The notes under the pieces: model-generated
Database searches by the model: none
What the model saw: only the letters and a program-made list of their open reading frames with translations
What the model was told of the DNA's origin: nothing
Source: Mobula hypostoma
Lineage: Eukaryota
Direction: 5' to 3'
DNA: 64,000 nucleotides
Assembly (NCBI RefSeq): GCF_963921235.1
Contig: NC_086097.1
Coordinates: 66,218,001 to 66,282,000 of the forward strand
In this document: positions 26,740-37,914 of the stretch, piece by piece
Layout of the letters: each line of letters begins with the position of its first letter
Numbering within the stretch: the stretch's first letter is position 1
Program-made: the position numbers and the translations under genes

Positions 26740-28787
26740 TTCTCTTCTACATTGGAAAGCGGTGTTTTGTACTCTGAGTGGGATGTGGGAAGTCGGGGAG
26801 ACGTCCAGTGTCCCAGATAAATACATCCACACCAGGTGCACCAAGTTGCAGCTCCTAAGAGAACATATTAAGGAACTGGAGCTGCAGCTGGATGACCTTT
26901 CACACATATGGGAGAACGAGGAGGTGATAGACTGGAGCTACATGAGGTAGTCATCCCTAGGTTGCAGGAGACAGGAGAAGGAGGGGAAATACACAGCCAG
27001 TGGAGAGTACACCTGTGGCCGTCCCCCTCAATAATAAGCATAAAACTTTAGATACAAATCAGGGGGACAATCTACCAGGCGAAGCCACAGTGACTGAGTC
27101 TTTGGCACTGAGTCTGGTGCTGTGGTTCAGAGAGCAGAGAAGTGAAGAGGACTGCAGTGTCAATAGGAGATTTCTTAGTCAGAGGAACAAAGAGGAGATT
27201 CTGTGGCCGTAACAGAGACACCCAGATGGTATGTCGCCTCTTTGGTTCCAGGATCAGGGATGTATCAGATTGGGTCCATGGCATTCTCAAGGGCGAGGAT
27301 GAGCAGCCAGAAGTCTTGGTGCATCTTGGCACCAATGACATAGGTAGACAAGGTGAGGAGGTCCTGAAGAGAAATTTTAGAGGCTAGGTAGAAAGCTGAG
27401 AAATAGAACCTCCAGGGTAGTAATCCCTGGATTACTGCCTGTGCCATGTGCCAGGGAGGGTAAGAATAGAATGATTTGTCAGGTGAATGCATGGCTGAAG
27501 AACTGGTGCAGGGGGCAGAGGTTCAAATTTCAGGATCAATAAGATCTCTTCTGGGAAGAGATCTATACAAAAGGGATGGGTTGCACCTGAATCCAAGGGG
27601 GTCCAATATCCTTGCAAGCAGGTTTGCTGGAGTTGTTTGGGTCTGTTTAAACTAATTGGCAGGGGGATGGGAACTGGAGTAATAGTGCTGAAGTAGAGGT
27701 AGTTGGTTTATAAACAGAGGCAATGTGTAGTGAGACTCCTAGCAAGGAGAGGCTGATGATACAGCAGAACTGCAGTCAACAGGATGAGTTGCAATGTAAA
27801 ACTTGGACAAAATCGAAAAGGGTAAATACAGGACTGAAGGTGTTATAGTGGTGACCAGTGGTGTTCCACAGGGGGTCTGTATTGGGACCGATTCTCTTAT
27901 GTGTCAATGATTTGGATTATGGCTTTGTTGCAAAATTTGCAGATAATACAAAGATAGGTGGAGCGGCAGGTGGTTTTGAGGAAGTAGAAGGGCAACAGAA
28001 GGACTTAAACAGATGAGAATGGGCAAAGAAGTAGCAGATGAAATACAGTCTCAGGAACTTTGGTACATGCACTTTGATTGAAGAAATGAAAGGGTTGACT
28101 ATTTTCTAAATAGAGAGAAAATACAAAAAACAGAGGCACCAAGGTACTTGAGAGTCCTTGTGCAGGATTCCTGAAAGGCTAATTTGCAGGTTGAGTCTGT
28201 GGTGAGGAAGGCAAATGCAATGTTAGCATTCATTTCAAGAGGACTGGAATATAAAAGCAAGGATGTAATATTGAAACTTTATAAAGCACTGGTGAGGCCT
28301 CACTTGGAGTATTGTGAGCAGTTATGGGTCCTTTATCTTTGAAAGGATGTGCTGAAACTGGAGAGGGTTCAAGAGAAGTTCATGAAAATGATTCTAGGTT
28401 TTAACGGCTTGTCATATAAAGAGTGTTTGATGGCTCTTGGTCTGTATTCACCAGAATTCAGATGAATGAGGGGTGACCTCATTGAAACCTATTAAATGAT
28501 GAAAGGCCTTGATAGAGTGGATGTGGAGAGGATGCTTACTGTGGTAGGAGAGTGTAAGACCAGAGGACACCGCCTCAGAAAAGAGGGGTGTCCTTTTAGA
28601 ACAGAGATGAGGAGGAATGTCTTTAGTCAGAGTGTGGTGAATCTGTGGAATTCATTGCCACAGGGAGTTGTGGAGGCCAAGTAATTGGGTATATTTAAGG
28701 CAGAGTTTGATAGATTCTTGAGTGGTCAGCACATGACAGATATGGGAAGAAGGTAGGAGTTTTGGGCTGAGAGGAAAATTGGATCAG
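26740..28787 (+). mobile_element. Internally deleted CR1 LINE: ORF1 (Zn-finger/leucine zipper and SGNH esterase) joined to the RT C-terminus
   Basis: IGDFLVRG and VLVHLGTND esterase blocks. At ~27847 the ORF2 start jumps to VTSGVPQG, followed by FAD and LVRPHLEYC motifs. Confidence 0.9.
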
Positions 28788-28789
28788 AC

Positions 28790-30700
28790 ATGTGGAAAGA
28801 GGAGAGAAGTGGGGAAGTTAAGATATGATCGGCAGTAGGATCTCTTTAGAGATAGCAGAGGTTGAGGAGGACGATGTGTTGGATGTGGCGGCTCATTGAG
28901 TGATAGGTAAGGACACGAGGTGGTGGGAAGATGGGTTGAGTGCAGATGTTCGGGAAATGGAGGAGATGCAGGTGAGGACAGAATCAATGGTGGAGCAAGG
29001 GAAACCCTGTTCTTTGAAGAAGGAGGACATCCCTGGTACGGAAAGCCACATCTCGGGAACAGATGCGGTGGAGACGAAAGAACAGAGAAAAGGGAATAAC
29101 ATTTTTACAGGAGGCAGGGTGTGAAAAAGTATAGTCAAGATAACCGAGGGAATCAAGAGGCTTATAAAAGATGTTGGTCAACAGTTTGTCTCCAGAGATG
29201 GAGACAGAGTGATCAAGAAATTGGGGAGAGGTGTCAGAAATGGACCAAGTGAGTTTAAGGGCGGGGTGGAAGCTAGAGATAAAGTCAATGAAATTGAAGA
29301 GTTCAGCATGGGTACATGAAGCAACACTAATGCAGTCATCAATGTACTGGAGGAAGAGTTAGGAAGCATTACCAGGGAAGGCTTGGAACATGAACTGTTC
29401 TACATAACCAATGAAGAGTCAAGCATAACTGGGTCTATGCGGGTGCCCATGGAGAAAGTGGGAGGAGCCAAAGGACAATTTGCTGAGGAAAAAATTTGTT
29501 GAGTTGCTCAGACAGAGGAGGATGATGGTGGAGGCCAACTGGCTGGTTCTTTTATTGAGAAAGAAATGGAGAACTTCAGGGCCTTGATGGGGGATAGAAG
29601 TGTATGAACATCCATGTGAAAATAAGCAGACAAGACCAGGGAATTGAATGTTACTGAGGAGATCAAAGGCATGAGAAGTGTCACAGATGTAGGTGGGAAG
29701 GGAGTGAAACAAGGGGATAGAATGGAGTTGAGGTGTGGGGACACGTTCAGTTGGGCAGGAGCAGACAGAGACAAGAGACCTGCCCTGACAGTCAAATTTG
29801 TGGATCTTAGGTTCAAGGTAGAAGCGAGTAGTGATGGGTAAGGGAACTCTGCATTTTGTGGCAGTGGATGGGAGCTCTCCAGAGTTGATGAGGTCAGTGA
29901 TGGTGTTGGAGGCAGTTTTGTAATGGTCCAGATTGGGGTCCTCTTCAAGGGGTAGGTATGAGGAAGTGTCTGGGAGTTGCTGCCTGGGCTCAGCAAGGTA
30001 GGGATCAGTCTGCTACACTACAACAAACACCCCCCTTGTCTGAGGGTATGATGGTAAGGTTGGGATTGGTGTGGAGAGAGTGGAAGGCAGAGCAGCCAGA
30101 GGGGGTAAGGTTCAACAAAGTGAGAGAAGAGGCTGAAGGCATGATGGTTGATGTCTCATCAGCAATTCGAGATAAACAGATCTAGAGCACAGTGTCCAAG
30201 AAGAGGAGGAGGGTTGGATATGGAAGAAGGGGTAATTAATGTGGGGTGTGGAATTTTTGCCAAAGAATGGGGCTCGGGGACAGATGCAATGGAAGAAGAA
30301 TTTAGCATAATGGCAAAGGGGACAAAGGTAAGGCCCTTGCTGAGGACAGAACTTCCTGCCTCTGAGAGGGGAAGGTTGAAGGGAATGGTGAAGATACAGC
30401 AATGATTAGAGTTGGGATCAGAGGGGTGAAGAGAGCTGGCAGTGCCAGAGGAGAGAAGAGGGTTGGGGTGTTCAGGAAAGGTGGGGTGGGAGGAAAATGG
30501 AGGATCCAAGGACCGAAGAGATGGTAGTGGAGCCTGAGAGACACCGGGTTGGAGAGTGGTAGTGAGGAAAGGAAGCCTGGGGGCTCAGCGGCAGTGAGGA
30601 AAGTCCGGGCCTGGAGGTGCTGGTGGTTGAGGTCCAGGCTGAAGCCAGAGCTAGAGGCTGAGCAATTTGCAGCGTGAAGGCGACCAGGGTCATAGGAACC
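28790..30700 (-). mobile_element. Penelope-like retroelement RT (degenerate)
   Basis: Motifs LSEAGSSVLSKGLTFVP, PSYA, YIDDC (~29331-29346) and FYKP.DS..YLDY..SHP.SCKN.IPFS.F.RL.RICS. Multiple frameshifts. Confidence 0.88.
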
Positions 30701-30949
30701 AGCATTGTCTGTGTTAGATTAGTCAATGGCATCTGTTCAGAGAAACATTCAAGCCTTCATTTAGAAAGATACAGATTAATCAAGGAAAATCAGCATGGAT
30801 TTATTATGTGATGATAACGTTTCATTAATTGATTTTTTTTAGGGGTTACAAGGAATACAAATGAAAGCCATGAATGTCACTTTAACAAAGATTTTGACAT
30901 GAATTAATTTGACAAGCTAGCCAATAAAATAAAGACTGGAATTGTCTCA

Positions 30950-31275
30950 GTGATAAGAAACAAATTTCTACAGATGTACTGTTGGAAGTATCCTGACTGG
31001 TTGTATCATGGTCTTGTACGGCAATTCAAATGCGTAGGAATGTAAGAAGCTGCAGAGGGCAGTGGCTTCTGCCCGATACGTAATAGGCACTTTAATCACT
31101 TTGTACTAAAATGGACTTTATTTGTTCCAGTTGTGTTTTTTAAATAAAATTCATGTATGATTTATGTTTATGTTTTTTTCTTGTGAACGCTGTTTATGTG
31201 ATGCTATGTGCCTGTGATGCCACTGCAAGTAAATTTTTCATTGCACCAGTGCACACGTGTAGTTGGCAGATGACT
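30950..31275 (+). mobile_element. Rex1/Babar LINE 3' fragment within old CR1 remnants (~30760-31820)
   Basis: FYRCTVGSILTGCI motif. Confidence 0.7.
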
Positions 31276-31555
31276 TGGCATTTATCAGAGGGTTCTATGC
31301 AATTCAGGACCTAGTCCCTTGCTCTATATTAAAGTTGTGGACCTAAATCTAGGAGGCATAATAAAGGAGTTCGCAGATGATATAATAAATAGCTGGGTAA
31401 GTAGAAGTAAAGAGGAAAGTTTTAGACTGCAGGAAAATATGGAATACTGAATCTGTTCAGCTGTGTGGAAATATGACAACATGGAATTTTATCTAGAGGT
31501 GTGAGAAATAATGCATTTGATAGGGAGTTCAACATGGCAAGGGACATAGATTATA

Positions 31556-31690
31556 AAGAGTCTTGAGGGGTCTTGGCTCTAAATGTTGAAGGTTATTCCC
31601 CTCCATAGATGCTGCCTGACTTTCTGAGTTCCTCCAGCATATTGTGTGTTGCTCAAGGTTTCCAGTACCTGCAGAATCTCTCCTGTATTC
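31556..31690 (+). mobile_element. Degenerate Penelope-derived terminal-repeat fragment
   Basis: GATGCTGCCTGAC...GAGTTCCTCCAGCA...TTTCCAG.A.CTGCAGAAT matches the arm at 33787-33917. Confidence 0.7.
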
Positions 31691-32172
31691 TTTTGAATAC
31701 AAAACGCTGAGGGAAATTTGACAAGTAGATAACATTTTGAGAGACGGAGATAGAGTAAATAGGAAGGAGCTATTCCTCTGAGCAGTGGGGTTCAAAAATC
31801 AGGGGAACAGAGTCAAAAGAAGTGCGAGAGACTGCGGATACAGTATTGTAATCCAGAGCAACAATCTTTGGGAGGAATTCAGCAGGCCCAATATTATAGG
31901 AGTTAGGGAAGAATTGTTGAGGTTTCAGGTGAAACCCTGCATCGGGATTCATCAGGAATAGATTTAAAGTGGTCGGTGGAAAGGTATTAGGGGATAATGA
32001 CGTAATATTTGTTCGCCAGAGGTTAGTAGAAGCAAGAATCTTTATTACGTTACGTGTATACTTTAAGAACCAGGAGCTAGAGAGCTGGTGTCTGAAGTGG
32101 AATCAAAGTGGGTGGCTGCTTTTACAAGGGGTAAATTCACAACAAGCTGAATGGAGTCCCTGTGTTGTAATT

Positions 32173-33070
32173 CAAAGTTCAAAATAAATTTATCAAAGTA
32201 CATATATGCCACCATATACAACCCTGAGAATCATTTTCTGTGGGTATACTCAATAAATCCATAATAGAATAATAACCATTATAGAGTCAATGAAAGACCA
32301 CACCATTTTGGGTGTTCAGTGTGCAAAAGGACAACAAACTCCGCAAATACAAAAAATGAAGAAATAATAATAAATAAATTGTCAACAAGTATCGAGAACA
32401 TGAGATGAGGAGTCAGTGAGTCCATGGGTTGTGGGAACATTTCAATGATGGGGCAAGTGAAATTGAGTTAAGTTATTCCCTTTGGTTCGAGAGCCTGATG
32501 GTTGACGGGTAATAACTGTTCTTGAATCTAGTGGTGTGAGTCCTGAGGCTCCTGTACCTTCTTCCTGATAGCAGCAGCAGGAACAGAGCATGATCTAGAT
32601 GGATGCTGCTTTGCCGTGACAACGCTTCATGTAGACGTGTTCAACGGTGGGGACGGCTTTACCTATGATGGACTGGGCTGTATCCATCATTTTCTGTGGA
32701 ATTTTCTGTTCAAGGGCTTTGGTGTTTCCATATCAATTTATAATGCAGCCGGTCAATAATTTCCCACTCGGGATCAATAATGTACTTGTGGTAAACCATG
32801 TATATATGTTGTAACTCGGTTACCTGTCTGGACACACCCCTCTGCTGACTGCCCCTGTGGCTCCTCCCACAGAGTCCTGTATAAAGGTGTTCGCCTTGCC
32901 CCTCCCCCTCAGTCCGGGGGCAGACACTCACTGTGGAGGTCGTATTGTACAGCGAATAAAAGCCTTTCAGTATTTTACCAAACCTCAGTCTTTTGGAGTA
33001 ATTGAAGGTGCTTCAGTACTTTTTCTTCTTATTATTATATACTCTCCACCACACATCTATAGAAGTTCAT
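32173..33070 (-). mobile_element. Rex1/Babar LINE 3' portion (resumes at ~33990-34035)
   Basis: Tail CAAAGTTCAAA; homologous to the copy at 44488-45314; RT C-terminal remnants. Confidence 0.8.
32787..33015 (+). mobile_element. Solo LTR (229 bp)
   Basis: TG...CA termini, perfect 5-bp TSD GTACT (32782-32786 and 33016-33020), internal TATAAA and AATAAA. Confidence 0.92.
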
Positions 33071-33745
33071 AACGAGAATCAGAATCAGATTTAATATCAC
33101 CAGCAATAAAGTTGTTAATTTGATGTTTTTGTGACAGTAGTACAATGCAATAGAAAAGAACAGTAAATATATATGTATTTATGTACAACTATAAAACCAA
33201 AAAAGTAGTGAAGTTGTGTTCATGGGTTCAGTGTTCATTCAGAAATCAGAAGGCAGACGTGAAGAAGGTGTTCCTGATTCATTGAGTGTTTGCCTCCTTC
33301 CTGATGGTAGCAATAAGATCTAGCCGTGACCTGGGTGATGGGGGTCCTTAATGATGGATGCCGCCTTTTTGAGGCTTTGCTCCTTGAAGGTGTCCCGGAA
33401 GCTGGGGAAGCCAGTACCCTTGATGAAGATTACTAAGTTTATGAGTCTCTGCAGTTTATTTCGATAACAAAAGCCGGTGATGCAGCCAGTTAGAATGCTC
33501 TTCACAGTACAAGAGTAGAACTTAGCCAGTGTCAAATCTCTTCAAACTCCTAATGAAATACAGCCGCTGTCGTGCCTCTTTGTAACTGCATCGATATGTT
33601 GAGCCCAGGATAGATCCCCAGAGATATTAAAGATTTGAAATTGCTCACTCTTTCCACTTCTGATCCCTCGTTTTACCCTCAAGCAACATACGTCAAAGTT
33701 GCTGGTGAACGCAGCAGGCCAGGCAGCATCTCTAGGAAGAGGTAC

Positions 33746-33781
33746 AGTCGACGTTTCAGGCCGAGACCCTTCGTCAGGACT
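33746..33781 (-). ncRNA. Minimal type I hammerhead ribozyme motif (mirror copy)
   Basis: Exact reverse complement of 33787-33822. Confidence 0.75.
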
Positions 33782-33786
33782 GTGTT

Positions 33787-33822
33787 AGTCCTGACGAAGG
33801 GTCTCGGCCTGAAACGTCGACT
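33787..33822 (+). ncRNA. Minimal type I hammerhead ribozyme motif
   Basis: AGTC-CTGACGA-AGGGTCTCGGCCT-GAAAC-GTC^GACT: core boxes CUGANGA and GAAA, stem I AGTC/GACT, GUC triplet, and a loopless palindromic helix III (ACGT). Confidence 0.75.
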
Positions 33823-34214
33823 GTACCTCTTCCTAGAGATGCTACCTGGCCTGCTGCGTTCACCAGCAACTTTGATGTGTGTTGGTTGAATTTCCAGCAT
33901 CTGCAGAATTCCTGTTGTCCTCGTTTTACCCTTCCTGACGTCCGCAATCAGCGCTTTGGTCGTACTGACGTTGAGTGCAAGTTTGTTTAAGTGTTAGATG
34001 TCATGCCGAATCTTCGTAAACTCCTAAAGAAGTCATCCTTTTGTCCCTAAGATTGATTGTTAGCATGAAGCAAAAACAGCTCAATAACTCAAGAAAAAAG
34101 TTCCAAAATAAAAAGTATTAACTGGCAAAATATTTTATTTTCGGCGCAAATTACTCATTTCACCATATGTTTTAATGTACATGTGCTAAATAAGTATATC
34201 AGAATCTGGTTCTG

Positions 34215-34467
34215 TTATATAAACAATGCGGATAGCTCTGGAGCCGAGCTCGAGCTCTGCAGAGAAATCTCGGAGCTCTCACTTCCGCGACCGAGGCTGC
34301 AGGCGTGGCCTTCGGCTTCCCGGTTCCTAAGCAACGGCGTCCAGCCCAACGGTCGCAACGAACGCGAGGCCTCGAGCAGCCGGGCTGAAGGACAAGATGG
34401 CCAGTGGCAAGCGAAGCTTTTTGCGAGCAACCCCTGTCTACGCACCTTTTGCGCTTCCCACCTAAAG
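34215..34467 (+). promoter_or_regulatory. CpG-island promoter and first exon, probably of the TTC6-like gene
   Basis: CpG-dense unique DNA. Motifs: forkhead TATAAACAA 34218-34226, ETS ACTTCCG 34281-34287, X-box GGTTCCTAAGCAAC 34322-34335, MYB-like CAACGG (e.g. 34347-34352), YY1/Kozak CAAGATGGCC 34393-34402. Donor AAG/GTAAGA after 34467. Confidence 0.7.
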
Positions 34468-34954
34468 GTAAGAGGGAAGAATTAAAAACAAGCATCGCAA
34501 CCAATTATAGACAGGTAGTTATAAGAGGAGGCAAGCTGGACTCGGTTCTTTTTGTTTGCCACTGTAATATTTCATTTCCACAGAAGACTTCACTAACTGC
34601 ACCTGAGGTGTGACTTTGTATCTTGCAATCGGGGCCAGATGAGAAAATGTTTTAAATATTCGTATTTTAAGTTACGCAAAGCTATATTGATGGCAGTGTT
34701 CACAGTACGAAATTGATACTGCAAATGTGGAGGAACTCAGCGAAGTAGTCGTCTTTCACCTTTCGCCGGGGTTGTCTTCTCAAAGTTTACGACGATGTTG
34801 CTGGCATTTCCAAAGCAAGATTAGAACATGAATATTGGATATGAGGCAGGTTATTTCACCGTAACAACTATATATAATCGTCACAACTAAATAACATCCA
34901 ATCCTTAACTCGCCACTTAGATGGGCGTACCTCAATGGTATTGGGTCAATGGTA

Positions 34955-35498
34955 GTTGGTCCCCTAATCTGAGGAAAGACATTCTTGCCATAGAGGGAGT
35001 ACAAAGAAGGTTCACCAGATTGATTCCTGGGATGGCAGGACTCTCATATGTTGAAAGACTGGATTGACTAGGCCTATACTCTCTGGAATTTAGAAGATTG
35101 AGCGGGGATCTTATTGAAATGTATAAAATCCTAAAGGGATTGGACAGGCTAGATACAGGAAGATTGTTCCCGATGATGGGGAAATCCAGAACGAGGGGCC
35201 ATAGTTTGAGGATAAAGGGGAAGCCTTTTAGGACCGAGATGAGGAAAAACTTCTTCACACAGAGAGTGGTGAATCTGTGGAATTCTCTGCCACAGGAAAC
35301 AGTTGAGGCCAGTTCATTGGCTATATTTAAGAGGGAGTTAGATATGGCCCTTGTGGCTAAAGGGATCAGGGGGTATGGAGAGAAGGCAGGTACAGGGTTC
35401 CGATTTGGATGATCAGCCATGATCATACTGAATGGTGGTGCAGGCTTGAAGGGCCGAATGGCCTACTCCTGCACCTATTTTCTATGTTTCTATGTTTC
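34955..35498 (+). mobile_element. Young 5'-truncated CR1 LINE
   Basis: Near-open RT C-terminus (TRGHSLRI..KPFRTEMRKNFFTQRVVNLWNSLP) and a (TTTCTATG)n tail. Confidence 0.95.
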
Positions 35499-35849
35499 AG
35501 TTAGAAGTAAAGCTATGTGGTCTAGTTGGCAGGAGTATCAATGGCACTCCTTGGTGGGAAATATCACGTCATATGTAAGTAACAATATATCTGATTCTTA
35601 ATATATTTGTGCTACTGATCATAATGTCTGCATTAAATAAAAAATGCAGAATATTTCATCTACATTTTATTTAACTTTTTTCAGTAACCAAAAATAATTG
35701 GCACACTTGTTAAAATTGATATCTTGTGTAAAAGGGGACACAAGGTTTCTAACTTTGGAATTGTTTTTATTCAGTAAGCAGCTTGCTGGAGAAAGGTATG
35801 TGGGAATGTTGTTTTGTGATGCAAGTGTGCAGTTCCGAATTTAGCCTTC

Positions 35850-36085
35850 TGATGCACCATCAATAACTCCAAAAGACTGGAAGTAGAGTAAATACTGAAA
35901 GGCTTTTATTAGCAGTAAAATGTGACCTCCAGCATGCTGAGTATCTGCCCCTGGACTGAGAGGAGGAGCCATTTCCCAATTGCCTTTATTCAGGGATCTG
36001 TGGGAGGAGCCACAGGGGCAGTCAGCAGAGGGGCATGTCCAGACAGGTAACCTAGTTACAACATATATATATATGGTTTACCACA
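35850..36085 (-). mobile_element. Solo LTR (236 bp), same family as 32787-33015 in opposite orientation
   Basis: TG...CA termini and a perfect 5-bp TSD CCTTC (35845-35849 and 36086-36090). Confidence 0.92.
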
Positions 36086-36684
36086 CCTTCGGTAATGAAT
36101 GTGGGCATTCATATGGGCAAAGGTTGAGTATTTCTGTCATGTGATCATAGCTCAGTTAGATTTAGCGTAGTTATAAGCGGTGGCAAAAAAAATAAAATAG
36201 AATAAATGTTTTAAGTTGGTGCGAGTCATTTTACCTGACTAAGAAGTGATTCAGCAAAGGTGGAATGAAAGTGGCTACCTGACATTAAAATAGAGCTATG
36301 AAAGATATTTAAAATTTATAATCTTATATACCTCTGTCAAGTTGCCTTGCATCCTCCTTCACTCTAAAGAGGAAATCCTTAGGATAAACGTGCTTCCAGT
36401 GCAAAAAAAAGGTAGGACTACACCTTATTTACAAGGAACATGAGGCCAAGAAGAAGCATTTAAAGCTCACCTGAGCTACCAAGAGTCTAATAGAAAAAGC
36501 CTAGAGGAAGGTTGAGTGAGCTAGTGCTTCTCTCTTTCGAGCAAAGGAGGATGTGAGGTGACTTGAAGTGGTGCATAAGATTGTGAGATCCATAGACAGA
36601 GTGGACAGCCGGTGCCCTCATTCCAAAGCAGCAATGGCTAATAGCAGAGGATATACTTCTAATGCGAGTGGAGAAAAGACTTGG

Positions 36685-37910
36685 CTATATTTCCACGGTT
36701 TCTGGAAGGATCGCTGGGATCCTGAAGAAATAATGGATAAATACCATCCACAAACCTGTAAGGAAGCTCAAATCCCAGTGAGTCAAAGATGGCCTGGGAC
36801 TCATGGCGGCTGGCATTTACAGGATTCCCTGTGAAAGCAGAGCAATGCATATCAGCCAGACGGGGCCAATGGTGGAAACCCGCAGCAAGGAGCACAGGAG
36901 GTGTATGCATTTGAATTACCCGGAGCAATTGCATATGCAGTGCTCTGCTACTGGCAATGACCATAGGATTGACTTCAGCGGCACAGAACTACTGTGCCGT
37001 ACCAATGGCTTTTTGGACCGCCTGGTGAATTTCAACAAAGACAAATGTCTCAGTCTATCTAAGAACTGGAATATGATTTTAAACAAGGTGGGACAGTGGA
37101 AACCTGATTAGAAACATAGAAACATAGAAAATAGGTGCAGGAGTAGGCCATTCGGCCCTTCGAGCCTGCACCGCCATTTATTATGATCATGGCTGATCAT
37201 CCAACTCAGAACCCAGCCTTCCCTCCATACCCCCTGACCCCTGTAGCCACAAGAGCCATATCTAACTTCCTTTTAAACATAGCTAATGAACTGGCCTCAA
37301 CAGTTTGCTGTGGCAGAGAATTCCACAGATTCACCACTCTCTGTGTGAAGAAGTTTTTCCTAACCTCGGTCCTAAAAGGCTTCCCCTCTATCCTCAAACT
37401 GTGACCCCTCGTTCTAGACCTCCCCAACATCGGGAACAATCTTCCCGCATCTAGCCTGTCCAATCCCTTTAGGATCTTATACGTTTCAATCAGATCCCCC
37501 CTCAATCTTCTAAATTCCAACGAGTACAAGCCCAGTTCATCCAGTCTTTCTTCATATGAAAGACCTGCCATCCCAGGAATCAATCTGGTGAACCTTCTTT
37601 GTACTCCCTCTATGGCAAAGATGTCTTTCCTCAGATTAAGGGACCAAAACTGCACACAATACTCCAGGTGTGGTCTCACCAAGGCCTTGTACAACTGCAG
37701 TAGTACCTCCCTGCTTGAGGACTAATCAATTAGGAGGGTCAGAAGACAGGAGTTGAGTATATACATACTGCCATACAGGACATGCCTAGGCATTATCCCT
37801 GATGAAGATGGCAGAGTTTGTCATTGAATTGCCGGTTAAAAATCAACACTTGGACCCAGCTGGAAGCCCAGGAAGGGTTTATGCATTATATACGTGGGAA
37901 AGTATGAGAT
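36685..37910 (+). mobile_element. Penelope-like element 3' end (GIY-YIG endonuclease remnant and a degenerate hammerhead at ~37795-37835), split by a CR1
   Basis: GIYRIPCE...ISQTG..VETRSKEH...HRIDF motif. CTGATGA at 37799-37805 is followed by a hairpin, but GAAA is mutated to GAAT. Confidence 0.8.
37110..37714 (-). mobile_element. Young 5'-truncated CR1 LINE
   Basis: Uninterrupted 162-aa RT C-terminus (YKALVRPHLEYCVQFW...) and a (GAAACATA)n tail. Confidence 0.95.
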
Positions 37911-37914
37911 CCTT

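Larger units (their letters stand above)
33680..33918. mobile_element. Young fold-back (palindromic) Penelope-derived element
   Basis: Arms 33679-33781 and 33787-33889 (103 bp, 4 mismatches) around a 5-nt spacer. TSD CCTCGTTTTACCCT at 33666-33679 and 33919-33932. Confidence 0.92.
33075..33985 (-). mobile_element. Second Rex1/Babar LINE 3' portion nested in the first
   Basis: (GAATCA)n tail; ORF FYSCTVKSILTGCIT...KKAASIIKDPHHPGH. Confidence 0.85.

Noticed and set aside
33635..33900. Mirror-image ORFs on both strands, or a pre-miRNA/terminator hairpin
   Set aside because: Both follow from the palindrome of a repeat element bounded by a TSD.
32787..36085. Two related LTRs flanking the promoter as one composite element
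   Set aside because: They are inverted and each has its own distinct TSD (GTACT, CCTTC), so they are independent solo LTRs.
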